A DNA stretch of 64,000 bases, from positions 3,072,001-3,136,000 of the forward strand of contig CP147778.1 in NCBI GenBank assembly GCA_037305845.1, given 5' to 3'. A model generated the notes under the pieces. That model was not told where the DNA came from, ran no database searches, and saw only the letters and a list, made by a program, of their open reading frames with translations. Origin of the DNA: Candidatus Freyarchaeum deiterrae. GTDB taxonomy: Archaea > Asgardarchaeota > Jordiarchaeia > Jordiarchaeales > Jordiarchaeaceae. Both the position numbers and the translations under genes were made by a program. Shown in pieces: positions 41,501 to 49,216 of the stretch (positions within the stretch are counted from its first letter, which is position 1; each line of letters starts with the position of its first letter).

Positions 41501-41766
41501 AAAACTCTGGATTGAATGCATTAAAAACTTTGGCCGAGCTCAAGGCTCTGCACGAAAACCCCCAAAATGTGTGGATAGGGATCAGCGAAAAGGGAAAACT
41601 AGAGAACATGAGGACTCTAAACGTTTTAGAACCTTTAAGTCTCAAAACACATCTAATCAAGTCTGCAAATGAGATAGCAGAAACCATTCTGAGGATAGAC
41701 GAGGTAATATTAGAAAAAGAAAAAGTGACGGCAGATAAATCTGAAAAGGCGTTAAACGGAAATTGA
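38521..41766 (+). CDS. Tandem-fused double group II chaperonin (two complete thermosome-like subunits)
   Basis: Two full motif sets: FGPTG/DGFTIL/GDGTKT/ERAVHDA/GGGASE/ILRIDD, then FGPRG/DGATIL/GDGTKA/ERVFRNV/GGGSVE/ILRIDE; start may be TTG 38590. Confidence 0.92.
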   Translation: MPQLKIYKFFTSSKKNFYLKGLELSGDNYSYNSSGDLSSLRETIAAVKTLADFIKSSFGPTGMNKLIVDEKGDVTITRDGFTILDKVGGGHPAVRVLKDAAETQDLEVGDGTKTTVILASELLSRAEQLLDKGIHPTTLIRGYSRAFKEVLKILEEIAIPTDSTNREILKKVAVNAMTGKLNLEECEFLSQMVVDAVLHVSKNIGEKRFVDVQKIVIEKKLGGVVADSELVKGVLLSKEASHNEMPKSVENARIALLKCPLEIEKTEFDTKILIENPERIKDFLEEEESVIKQMVGKLSELGVNVVFSEKGIDDLAQYLLASRGILGAEWVGNANIKNVASATGGKLVADINDLKSDDLGYAGFVREKEFGEERIILVEQCENPFTVTILLRGGAQSILDELERAVHDAVCAAKDVVENPLILVGGGASETEISKRIRAAAQGNGKEQLAYTAFAEALEALTFLLAKNLGLDALNKVAELTRRHSSGEIYAGIDAIDGEIKDLMNLGIYEPFLVKTQAMKSAYEAATMILRIDDIFTAEELEKESETLDYMRPLKGVKTREKVFETTLNNISAFSVIADAVKPCFGPRGRSKLLIDNIGGLKYTGDGATILGFMYIKHPAAKMLVDLTEAQSKYIGDGTKASVILAGELLKNAEELLSQKVHPTVIINGYKKATQKALELLKNMALPINHEDSGTLKKVALTTISGKITDGKELFAEMAVKAINSVVEAKKVPNIDIRKIKILKEQGKSLGESELFAGVILEREVISPKMPKRVDQARIALLDCWLRVSQQNFRRDLEIRIQSSDEYKVHLDTLKELARDMVKKIESTGANVVLCTKAVDDLTAHFLAESGILTVAQLTSIDLKIISEAAGGKIVTDLNDLRREYLGMAETVEERKIGGKELVFVNCSGLRCASVVIRGGAEDILGEAERVFRNVLKVLKVVIMEGKVVAGGGSVEVELAKEVKRHAKNFSKREQLAVEKYAKALESIPKTLAENSGLNALKTLAELKALHENPQNVWIGISEKGKLENMRTLNVLEPLSLKTHLIKSANEIAETILRIDEVILEKEKVTADKSEKALNGN

Positions 41767-41786
41767 GATTTTCCCAATTCCTCTAC

Positions 41787-41800
41787 AAAAACTTATATAA
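41787..41800 (+). promoter_or_regulatory. Candidate archaeal BRE/TATA promoter for the corrinoid protein operon
   Basis: AAAAACTTATATAA about 65 nt upstream of ATG 41865. Confidence 0.35.
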
Positions 41801-41864
41801 CAGTTTACTAAGATATAATGAAATAAGTATTTCTTTTTAAAAAATTTTTTGAGCGAGTGATAAC

Positions 41865-42512
41865 ATGTCGGAAAGCGAAATTTTAGAAAAGTTATCTCAA
41901 GCATTAACAAACGGTGACGACTTACTCGCTGCAGACCTTGCAAAGCAAGCACTTAAAAAAGGAATTTCCGCCATCGATATACTGAACAAGGGATGCACAC
42001 CGGGAATGCTCAAAGCCGGAGAAATGTACGCGTCCGGGCTCGGAGGGGCCTCACTCACCGACCTTCTAATGAGCGGCGAATCCATGCAGGCGGTACTCGC
42101 AGTGATCAGGCCCTACCTGAAAGCAGAAAAAGCTGAAGCAGCTGGCAGACTAGTTATCGGAATGATAGAGGGAGACCTGCACACCATAGGAAAATCCGTT
42201 GTTGTTTCAATGTTTGAATCTGCTGGCTGGGCAGTCACAGATTTAGGCGAAGATGTACCCGCAGAAAAATTCATCGAAGCCGCCAAAAGAGAAAAGGCAA
42301 ACATAATTGGCGCAGCATCCGCAATTTCCGGCTGTCTAGACAAGCTAAAAACATTGAAGGAAATGATTGATAAGGAGAATCTTTCCGTCAAATACCTGGT
42401 AGGCGGATGGGCAACAGGCCCCGAATTCGCCAAATCTATTGGTGCCTACTTTGCGAGAGACGCTTTAGCAGCAGTACAATTAGCCTCAGAACTAATAGAA
42501 GAGGCTGAATAA
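41865..42512 (+). CDS. Corrinoid (cobalamin-binding) methyl-carrier protein
   Basis: N-terminal cap helices plus EGDLHTIGK (DxHxxG), DLGEDVP, GAS, VGG. Confidence 0.93.
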   Translation: MSESEILEKLSQALTNGDDLLAADLAKQALKKGISAIDILNKGCTPGMLKAGEMYASGLGGASLTDLLMSGESMQAVLAVIRPYLKAEKAEAAGRLVIGMIEGDLHTIGKSVVVSMFESAGWAVTDLGEDVPAEKFIEAAKREKANIIGAASAISGCLDKLKTLKEMIDKENLSVKYLVGGWATGPEFAKSIGAYFARDALAAVQLASELIEEAE

Positions 42513-42533
42513 AAAGAGTAGAGGTATAGAAAA

Positions 42534-43910
42534 ATGCCCGAAGGTGAAGAATACTTATCTTGGTATAAGAAGCCCGAGCCATACACCACCGTCTCTGATA
42601 AGCCGACCGAAGCCGGTGGAAAGAAGGCGGCTCCTTGGTGCGACTACACCTACAGCGAATGGGAAATATACGAGAAACAGAAGATACCCGACTGGTATTG
42701 GAACTTCAAACCCCCAGAATGGTCTGAGGAAGAGCAGGTCATAATGGAGCGAATAATGCTCAAGCTACAGGAAAATATCGCCAAAGAAAAAATGACCCCA
42801 TTGGACAGATATTGGGCTACTGCCTATGGTGTAGAAAGAGACCGTTGCCCTGTGATGGGAGGCAACTACGCACTTGCAACCAACTCCCCGAGACTATTAG
42901 ACTCCTATGGTGTAATTTTGAAGGGAGTGGACTTTCACAGGTATCCTAAACTACACATACTGGGAACCACTATGGCTGTGGCGAGGTTCGCTACAGACAT
43001 CATATTCACCCACAAAATCACTTACTCTGAAGCCGAGTGGGGTGGACATGTTTACTTGAAGGAAACCTCTGCTCCTGTGTGTAGAAGCTCCGGAGCAATG
43101 GAAACAGGCTTCAAGGTTCCATTTCTACCGTACCGAACTGCGCCTTTCCTCTCACACAAAATACCAGAAGCAGACTACGGAGCTTACGCCCACCAGTTAT
43201 GGGAAATCAGAACCATCAAGGAGTATCTCAGAAAAGCAGGACTCTGGGGAGTACTGCCCCTCATGACAAACACCTGCGTAGGTCCCATAGGTACAGCTGG
43301 AGCAGCCATCGGTCCCACTCTGGGTATTCGAGAGAGAGCCATAATGTATAAGCGAAATCCTGAATGGTACCACATGTGTATGAGAGAGGCTCTCAGATTC
43401 TGCATAAGACACCACAGAGCAGTAAGGGACGCTGGCACGGACATAATGTTCTTCTGTGACGGTCTTAACACCATGGGAACGGATATGACCGCAGACCTAA
43501 TACCATACCACGTGGATTTGTGCAAGGAAGTCCACTGGCCCCCAGGAGGAACATGTATAACCGGTGGAGACTTCCGTCGCCATGTGGACATCATACTTCA
43601 GGCACACGGAAAATACGCATACTTGGTGGGCAGCGACCACGTGTGGCCGATACAGGATGCCCTTAAAACAGCTCTCCAATATGACAAGATGTGGTTCGAC
43701 TTCCCGGACTGGGATAAGATTAAGGCGGCTAAACTTGAGGATATCGCTGCCTATGAGAAAGAGAGATTCAAGATTGCCTGTGAGGATCCGAAGAGCAAGT
43801 ACTGGAACCCCGGACCGGCTGACTACTGGATACCCATGGAAAATTATCAAGCTTGGGCGGATGCATCTAAAAAGTACGGCTCCTACCCTAATGGCTGGGA
43901 ACAACCGTAA
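42534..43910 (+). CDS. Highly divergent URO-D/MtaA-fold methyltransferase (putative substrate:corrinoid MT1)
   Basis: MTPLDRY.AT.YG.E.DRCPV opening, GPI..A, Y.RNPE.YH..M, AGTDI, IPMEN..AW..A..KYG ending; directly after corrinoid gene. Confidence 0.7.
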   Translation: MPEGEEYLSWYKKPEPYTTVSDKPTEAGGKKAAPWCDYTYSEWEIYEKQKIPDWYWNFKPPEWSEEEQVIMERIMLKLQENIAKEKMTPLDRYWATAYGVERDRCPVMGGNYALATNSPRLLDSYGVILKGVDFHRYPKLHILGTTMAVARFATDIIFTHKITYSEAEWGGHVYLKETSAPVCRSSGAMETGFKVPFLPYRTAPFLSHKIPEADYGAYAHQLWEIRTIKEYLRKAGLWGVLPLMTNTCVGPIGTAGAAIGPTLGIRERAIMYKRNPEWYHMCMREALRFCIRHHRAVRDAGTDIMFFCDGLNTMGTDMTADLIPYHVDLCKEVHWPPGGTCITGGDFRRHVDIILQAHGKYAYLVGSDHVWPIQDALKTALQYDKMWFDFPDWDKIKAAKLEDIAAYEKERFKIACEDPKSKYWNPGPADYWIPMENYQAWADASKKYGSYPNGWEQP

Positions 43911-43943
43911 AAATTAGTATGACTACTATAAGCGAGGTGAAAT

Positions 43944-44339
43944 ATGGTGGCTACTGCAGAAATGACTGATGCGTGTTTTCAACACAGTGCTAAAAGAATC
44001 AAAGCCATGGCCGAGGAAGGATATGGTGAAGGATGGGAACCCTTCAAAATGTGTTTCTGGATGAGAGACCTGAACAGGGGATACCTGTTTACATTTAAAA
44101 AGGACGGCGTACTTGAAAACACGGAAATAGTGACCAAGGAACCAACAGGCATAAATGCTGTGGTCATAATGTCCAGCGATGATTGGGTCGGCCAGCACAC
44201 GAAAGAAGTGGATTTATCTGAGAAATACTTTTCTGGAGAAATGCAAGTCAAGGGCGATGTCGCTGTTCTACAACAGTACAAAACCTTTGAGTCCTTCGAA
44301 CCATATTACCCGCCTGGTCACCCCAAATACAAAAAATAA
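43944..44339 (+). CDS. SCP2-like lipid-binding domain protein
   Basis: YFSGEMQVKGD; GAGGTGA RBS. Confidence 0.75.
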   Translation: MVATAEMTDACFQHSAKRIKAMAEEGYGEGWEPFKMCFWMRDLNRGYLFTFKKDGVLENTEIVTKEPTGINAVVIMSSDDWVGQHTKEVDLSEKYFSGEMQVKGDVAVLQQYKTFESFEPYYPPGHPKYKK

Positions 44340-44493
44340 TCAAGCAAACATCTACCAGAGAATTCCACCAAACTCCTTTCAACATTTTTTTCTTCTAAAA
44401 ATAAGATAAATAGTGATAATGAAAATTATGCGAAAGCCAAATTTATTTTATGGATTAGAATCTTTAAAAATTTAAATAGAGGTGTGATTCTGC

Positions 44494-44673
44494 ATGGCTA
44501 AAGTAGCAAAATGTGCAAAATGTAAATCTGATAAAATCCAGAAAAAAGAAGTTTCGGTTCCCTCAATACTTGAGGTGGGAAGAAATTTTCCGGCTGATGC
44601 ATATGTCTGTTTAAATTGTGGATATGCGGAATTTTATTTTAGGGAACTCGATTACACAACCCGAACACACTAA
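44494..44673 (+). CDS. Small Zn-ribbon protein, 59 aa (not in ORF track)
   Basis: MAKVAKCAKCKS...AYVCLNCGYAEFY; GAGGTG RBS upstream. Confidence 0.8.
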   Translation: MAKVAKCAKCKSDKIQKKEVSVPSILEVGRNFPADAYVCLNCGYAEFYFRELDYTTRTH

Positions 44674-44742
44674 AAGAGTAGAGACAGCGGAAAATAATAC
44701 ATAAAAGGTTTACAAAATAAAATAAACAGTTCAGGGATTAGA

Positions 44743-45267
44743 ATGGCCAAAGTCGCAAAAATAGGAGAAATGTTCTTTCCACTAGAACTTTACTATTCAC
44801 ACAATAAGAGAGGTCATACCTGGATAAAAAAAATGGATGATGGAAATCTACAGATAGGCTTGGACTACTACGGCGCTATACCCATGATGATTACAACAAT
44901 ATCTCATCCCCTGCCTTACGTTATTGAACTTCCTCCAGCAGGAACTCAACTCAAACAGGATCAGCCCTACGGTCTTCTAGAAACCGTAAAGTATATTGGA
45001 CCATTCTATGCACCACTAACCGGAACCATTGTTAAAATTAATCCGGATAGAGTATCCTCACCACCCCATAATATTAGAAATTCATACGTAGACGGTTGGT
45101 TCCTTATTCTCAAACCCGCAAATTACGAAAAGGAAATAAAAAATCTTCTAACCGGCGAAGAGGCAGTAAAGTGGATTATTAAAGATATAATCGAGTACTC
45201 GGAAGCGGAAGACGAAGAACTCACAAAACAAGCAAAGCAAGGCTACACCATTGAGGAAATGAAGTAA
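44743..45267 (+). CDS. Glycine cleavage H-like lipoyl-carrier protein
   Basis: HTWI...QIGLD.Y, ELPPAG, LETVK (lipoyl-Lys position), APLTGTIVKIN, YVDGW. Confidence 0.85.
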   Translation: MAKVAKIGEMFFPLELYYSHNKRGHTWIKKMDDGNLQIGLDYYGAIPMMITTISHPLPYVIELPPAGTQLKQDQPYGLLETVKYIGPFYAPLTGTIVKINPDRVSSPPHNIRNSYVDGWFLILKPANYEKEIKNLLTGEEAVKWIIKDIIEYSEAEDEELTKQAKQGYTIEEMK

Positions 45268-45312
45268 CCTTAATTTACCAAAACATTCTCTTTTTCGTAT
45301 ATTTCTAAAACG

Positions 45313-45783
45313 TTAATCAGCTGACTCCCTTTTTATTACAAGTATCGTAATATTTTCTGATTTACTCTCAATGGTTCTTTTAAACTCTTCTGGATTTTTT
45401 ATAACCTCGTCACTATCGTAGACTAGAAAAAGGACATTTCTATACATGCTACTGAAAGCTGGAATGTGTGAAATTATTGCCGGCACTGCTACCTGTAAAT
45501 CCTCCTCATTTCTGACCAGTTTTACCTCCATAGCCAGCAATCCACCCAAAAGAATGAAATCCACGTTATGGGCACCCATATAACCCTGTATAATCTGGTC
45601 ACGCAGAAGAGTAGGATCAAAGGATAAGCAAATGTCCCTGACACTATCCTTCAAATCCTCCTCATCCCCGAAGTCTTTCATCCCTTTACTCAACTCTACT
45701 TTCAACATATAAACTATTTTTTGAACCTGATCCTCACCCTTCGACTTCTCAGAAAAATATTTAGAAAAATCTTTGAAAGACAT
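45313..45783 (-). CDS. PD-(D/E)xK nuclease-like domain protein
   Basis: E.DL..., VDF.......MEVK, LFLVYD pattern. Confidence 0.55.
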   Translation of the reverse strand: MSFKDFSKYFSEKSKGEDQVQKIVYMLKVELSKGMKDFGDEEDLKDSVRDICLSFDPTLLRDQIIQGYMGAHNVDFILLGGLLAMEVKLVRNEEDLQVAVPAIISHIPAFSSMYRNVLFLVYDSDEVIKNPEEFKRTIESKSENITILVIKRESAD

Positions 45784-45839
45784 TCTGCAACCCACTAAAT
45801 CTTACCTTAATTTCGTTATATAAAGTTAGTCGATACGGA

Positions 45840-47462
45840 TTATAAATTGACTTGGGGTGCAGCCCTTTTCTCCGCACACCACTCTTCTTGCGTCTTGCCA
45901 AATTTATCCTCTATCTGCTGTCTATAAATGTTGTTGTAGGTACAAAATGGAATTATTCTGCCATCGGGAGTAGGATAGTTAATGTCGCAATACTGGATTC
46001 GCTCCAAGTCAAGATTGTAAGGATCCATAAAATGCATCAAACCCAACATAATCACGTTGTGCATGAAGTTTCTCAGAGAGCTGTAACTACCCCTTTTTAG
46101 AAACATTGATGTGAGATCCTTAATCAACCCCTTCTTCTTGATGTGCCTAAGGGAACCCGCTAGTTTAAGTTTAGCACGTACACTTGCAAACTGCTTTCCT
46201 TCAGCGTAGAGATTACATATGTCCCCCAGAACATTCAAGATTTTATCTATATCAATAACCTCAGTAATCGGATAATAGGAACCATCATTTCTGAGAAACA
46301 AGAAGCTCGCCATACCGCACGCAAAATGCGCGCTCAGCTCAAGCTCCGGACTTCCCTTGATAAGCCCCAACGCCCTTCCTAGCAGAACCATTGAAGGAAT
46401 AGTATACCAATCGGCTACCTTGATCTTCCCGGCGGTCTGCTCTTCAATGAGATGTATTACTTCTGGTATAGTGATACGCATCTTTCGGAGTTCTTCGTGG
46501 TCGATTCGGCCAGTAATGCTTACGGGCTGAAAGTTGACGCATCGAACAATGTCTCGGTTCTCCAATGCAAACTGAATAATCTGTCCCACTTGGTTGTCGT
46601 TGACACCCTTCATAATTGTTGGTACTAATATGACACCATCCAGACCCGCTTCCTCACAGTTATTCAATACCTTCTGCTTAATAGGCCTCAGATCCACGTT
46701 TCTCGCAGCTAAGTATGGTTCAGCTGTTACGCCGTCAAACTGAAGATATATAGTGTTTAGACCAGCTTCCACAAGCTCACGTACATAATCGATGCTCTTG
46801 GCCATTCTGATTCCGTTGGTAGCAATCATAATATGATTGAAGCCGAGTCCTTTAGCCCACTTAACATATTGCGGCAGATTCTCGCTTAGTGTAGGCTCAC
46901 CACCAGCGAACTGAATTCCCGGACAAGGTACAGGCAAGTTATGCCGGAGATTCTTCATCATCTTAAGCACTTCTTCTGGAGTCGGCTCATAAACGGTTCC
47001 AGAATCACCAGCATTGGCGAAGCAGATTGGACAACTCAAATTACATCTATTGGTTACATCGATTATAGCCAGAGCGGTGTGCGACCTGTGATTAGGACAC
47101 TGACCGCAGTCCTTCGGACAGCCCTCAATAGACTCGGTTCTTGGGTTGTCAATACCTATCGACTTATACCAGTATGGCATAACACGTTTGAACATCTCTG
47201 CATCCGACCAATACACATCCACAAACTCACCATGTTTGTCGCAGGCCTTCTTCATCATAACCTTGCCATCTTCTTCATAGACCGTAGCATCTATAACCGT
47301 CACTACTTCATCTTCGAGTTTACACAAGGGGCAAATTGACTTGGTCTGATAGGGCAGTACCCGAACAGGATGCTTCTCAACGCGATATCGGGAGAGATCC
47401 TTATCCTTGTGTGTGGGTAAAACTTCAGGCACAGGTTTAATCCCCGTTGTTCCCATAAACAA
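45840..47462 (-). CDS. tes: Tetraether lipid synthase (radical SAM, Tes/GDGT-MAS family)
   Basis: TKSICPLC...KKACDKHG, GCPKDCGQC, CNLSCPIC, QFAGGEPT, YLQFDG, NFQPVS, H.ACG, MHFMD.YN, RIIPFCTYN. Confidence 0.85.
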   Translation of the reverse strand: MFMGTTGIKPVPEVLPTHKDKDLSRYRVEKHPVRVLPYQTKSICPLCKLEDEVVTVIDATVYEEDGKVMMKKACDKHGEFVDVYWSDAEMFKRVMPYWYKSIGIDNPRTESIEGCPKDCGQCPNHRSHTALAIIDVTNRCNLSCPICFANAGDSGTVYEPTPEEVLKMMKNLRHNLPVPCPGIQFAGGEPTLSENLPQYVKWAKGLGFNHIMIATNGIRMAKSIDYVRELVEAGLNTIYLQFDGVTAEPYLAARNVDLRPIKQKVLNNCEEAGLDGVILVPTIMKGVNDNQVGQIIQFALENRDIVRCVNFQPVSITGRIDHEELRKMRITIPEVIHLIEEQTAGKIKVADWYTIPSMVLLGRALGLIKGSPELELSAHFACGMASFLFLRNDGSYYPITEVIDIDKILNVLGDICNLYAEGKQFASVRAKLKLAGSLRHIKKKGLIKDLTSMFLKRGSYSSLRNFMHNVIMLGLMHFMDPYNLDLERIQYCDINYPTPDGRIIPFCTYNNIYRQQIEDKFGKTQEEWCAEKRAAPQVNL

Positions 47463-47615
47463 AAACCCTCCATAGATAATGATATGGATAATAACGGCGT
47501 TTTATATTTTAAAAGATTATGTTCGTTAATGAGCGTTTCAATGACTTATTTCATTTTATAATACTAGCCATAGTGAATCCTAAACTGGATACTCCTATCA
47601 TTAGTCCCCCTAACC

Positions 47616-48022
47616 TCATCTTAGCTTATCGCCCAGCTTACCTGATACAAATTTTTTGATTTTTATACACAACTCCACTGCTTCTTTAGCTTTGTCTATT
47701 GTTATTTCCTCATCAAGTACACCAGGATATCTTATTTCAACCGCGTAGGGTGTAAGTTTTTCTCCCATTTCCGAGATTTTTTTAAAACTCTTATCTATTT
47801 ATGCGGCTAATAGTATAAGGTCACCTAAATTATGAGTTTTTCAAATTCTATTCCGTGATATATGAGGAACGCTTTCAAATATTTTTCAGCACATTGCTGA
47901 GCATGGAAACAAATAATATCCAATGGTGGCTCGGGCAGTATATTCAATAAATTTTCAGCTGTAATTAAATCATTCTCTGCCTTCTTTATCCAAAATTTCA
48001 CAAGATCAATCTTTTCTTTCAT
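47616..48022 (-). pseudogene. HEPN domain gene, disrupted
   Basis: W..KAENDL, CFHAQQCAEKYLKA; frameshift in A-run (EK/THNL); continues LILLAA*IDKSF...LTPYAVEIRYP...KAKEAVE with an in-frame stop. Confidence 0.85.
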
Positions 48023-48359
48023 AGACTACTCGCCCTTTCCTCACAATCGTCGTTATGAACGCCTGAGAAACATTCTCCCATTCCTTTACCATCCTTGGAG
48101 TTACAACCACAATGTTCTTTGGAATAAGAATCCCCGTAAGGGCACTATAAGCCTTAACCGTCATATCGTATTTGGGGATGCTGTCGTCATCAATAACGAT
48201 AAGGATGTCGAGATCACTTCCTCTGTGAGGTTTACCATATGCCCAAGAACCAAAAAGAATTATCTTCAACGGATTCAAAACACTTAGAATCCTCTTCACA
48301 ACCTCTTTTACCAGTTTCTCATCCACTTTTTCAACTTTTACCAATTCAACCTTATCCAC
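48006..48359 (-). CDS. Minimal nucleotidyltransferase (MNT) of MNT-HEPN pair
   Basis: LFGSWAYG....SDLDILIV; overlaps HEPN start. Confidence 0.9.
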   Translation of the reverse strand: MDKVELVKVEKVDEKLVKEVVKRILSVLNPLKIILFGSWAYGKPHRGSDLDILIVIDDDSIPKYDMTVKAYSALTGILIPKNIVVVTPRMVKEWENVSQAFITTIVRKGRVVYERKD

Positions 48360-48643
48360 TTTTCACGCACTCCATCACTCTAACTTCAAAACCTCTACTT
48401 TTATTAACAGTCGGCACAACCTCCAGATACAGCCAAGTTCCAATTAGATTCTTAACACATGGAACATAACATCAGGACGCACCTGCGACGCTTGTCATCC
48501 AAACCCACACGTGAATCAATATCAATGAACTTCGCACAAACACCACTAACATTTAATTTTTCGGTCACACAAAGAACTAATTAAACTAAGTGAACAATAA
48601 CATATTTAAATAAATAGCTCTTCCTGTAAGAACCGCCATACGG

Positions 48644-48797
48644 CGGAGAGATAAGATGGAAGAAAAACTTGAAGAAGGATTTTGATGTTACCCACGCCCT
48701 CAAAGCTTCTAAGAACATGGAAAGACTAGGGGCTAAAACAACTGGTGAATGGTCAGGTGTAAAGGAGACAAGGAAATGGAGAGAATTCAGAAGTTGA
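48644..48797 (+). pseudogene. Possible orphan VapB-like antitoxin C-terminal fragment
   Basis: ASKNMERLGAKTTGEWSGVKETRKWREFRS resembles archaeal antitoxin tails; no convincing start and no PIN gene downstream. Confidence 0.35.
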
Positions 48798-48983
48798 ATT
48801 TGAAAAATCTCCACAGTTTCTTCAATTTCTAAAATACTACATAAACAAATTGATAACTCAAGGTGTAAATTTTTAAAGTGAAAATGCGTTTCTTACACTT
48901 ATTAGGCAAATTTGCTTTTCATCTATTCAACTTAAATTCTAGAAAACTCTTGGAAGAACGGAAAGAAAGGAGGCTGTTAAGCC

Positions 48984-49190
48984 ATGAATGAAGTCAAGAA
49001 GTGCCCCGAGTGTGGTGGAGAACTTGAAAAGGGTTTCGTACATGTTCCACGAGGACTTTTTTGGGACACGAAGGAACATAAATATGGTATTGGCTCTTCA
49101 GAAAGATTACTGTCTTCGTGGTCTTGGACTATGCCGAGAGCTAGCGGTTTGATATGTAAGAACTGCAGACTTGTTCTATTTCATTATTGA
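48984..49190 (+). CDS. Small Zn-ribbon protein, copy 1
   Basis: CPECGGELEKG...W...CKNCRLVLF; GGAGG RBS. Confidence 0.85.
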   Translation: MNEVKKCPECGGELEKGFVHVPRGLFWDTKEHKYGIGSSERLLSSWSWTMPRASGLICKNCRLVLFHY

Positions 49191-49216
49191 AAAAAGTGCA
49201 AAGCTATTATGCCAAC

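Noticed and set aside
41088-41777. Long antisense ORFs (e.g. 41088..41777, 39156..39713, 19065..19595, 19713..20276, 37384..37848)
   Set aside because: Shadow frames of well-supported genes on the other strand
48360-48560. Minus-strand fragment VRPDVMFHV resembling an epimerase/reductase motif
   Set aside because: Too short and interrupted to call
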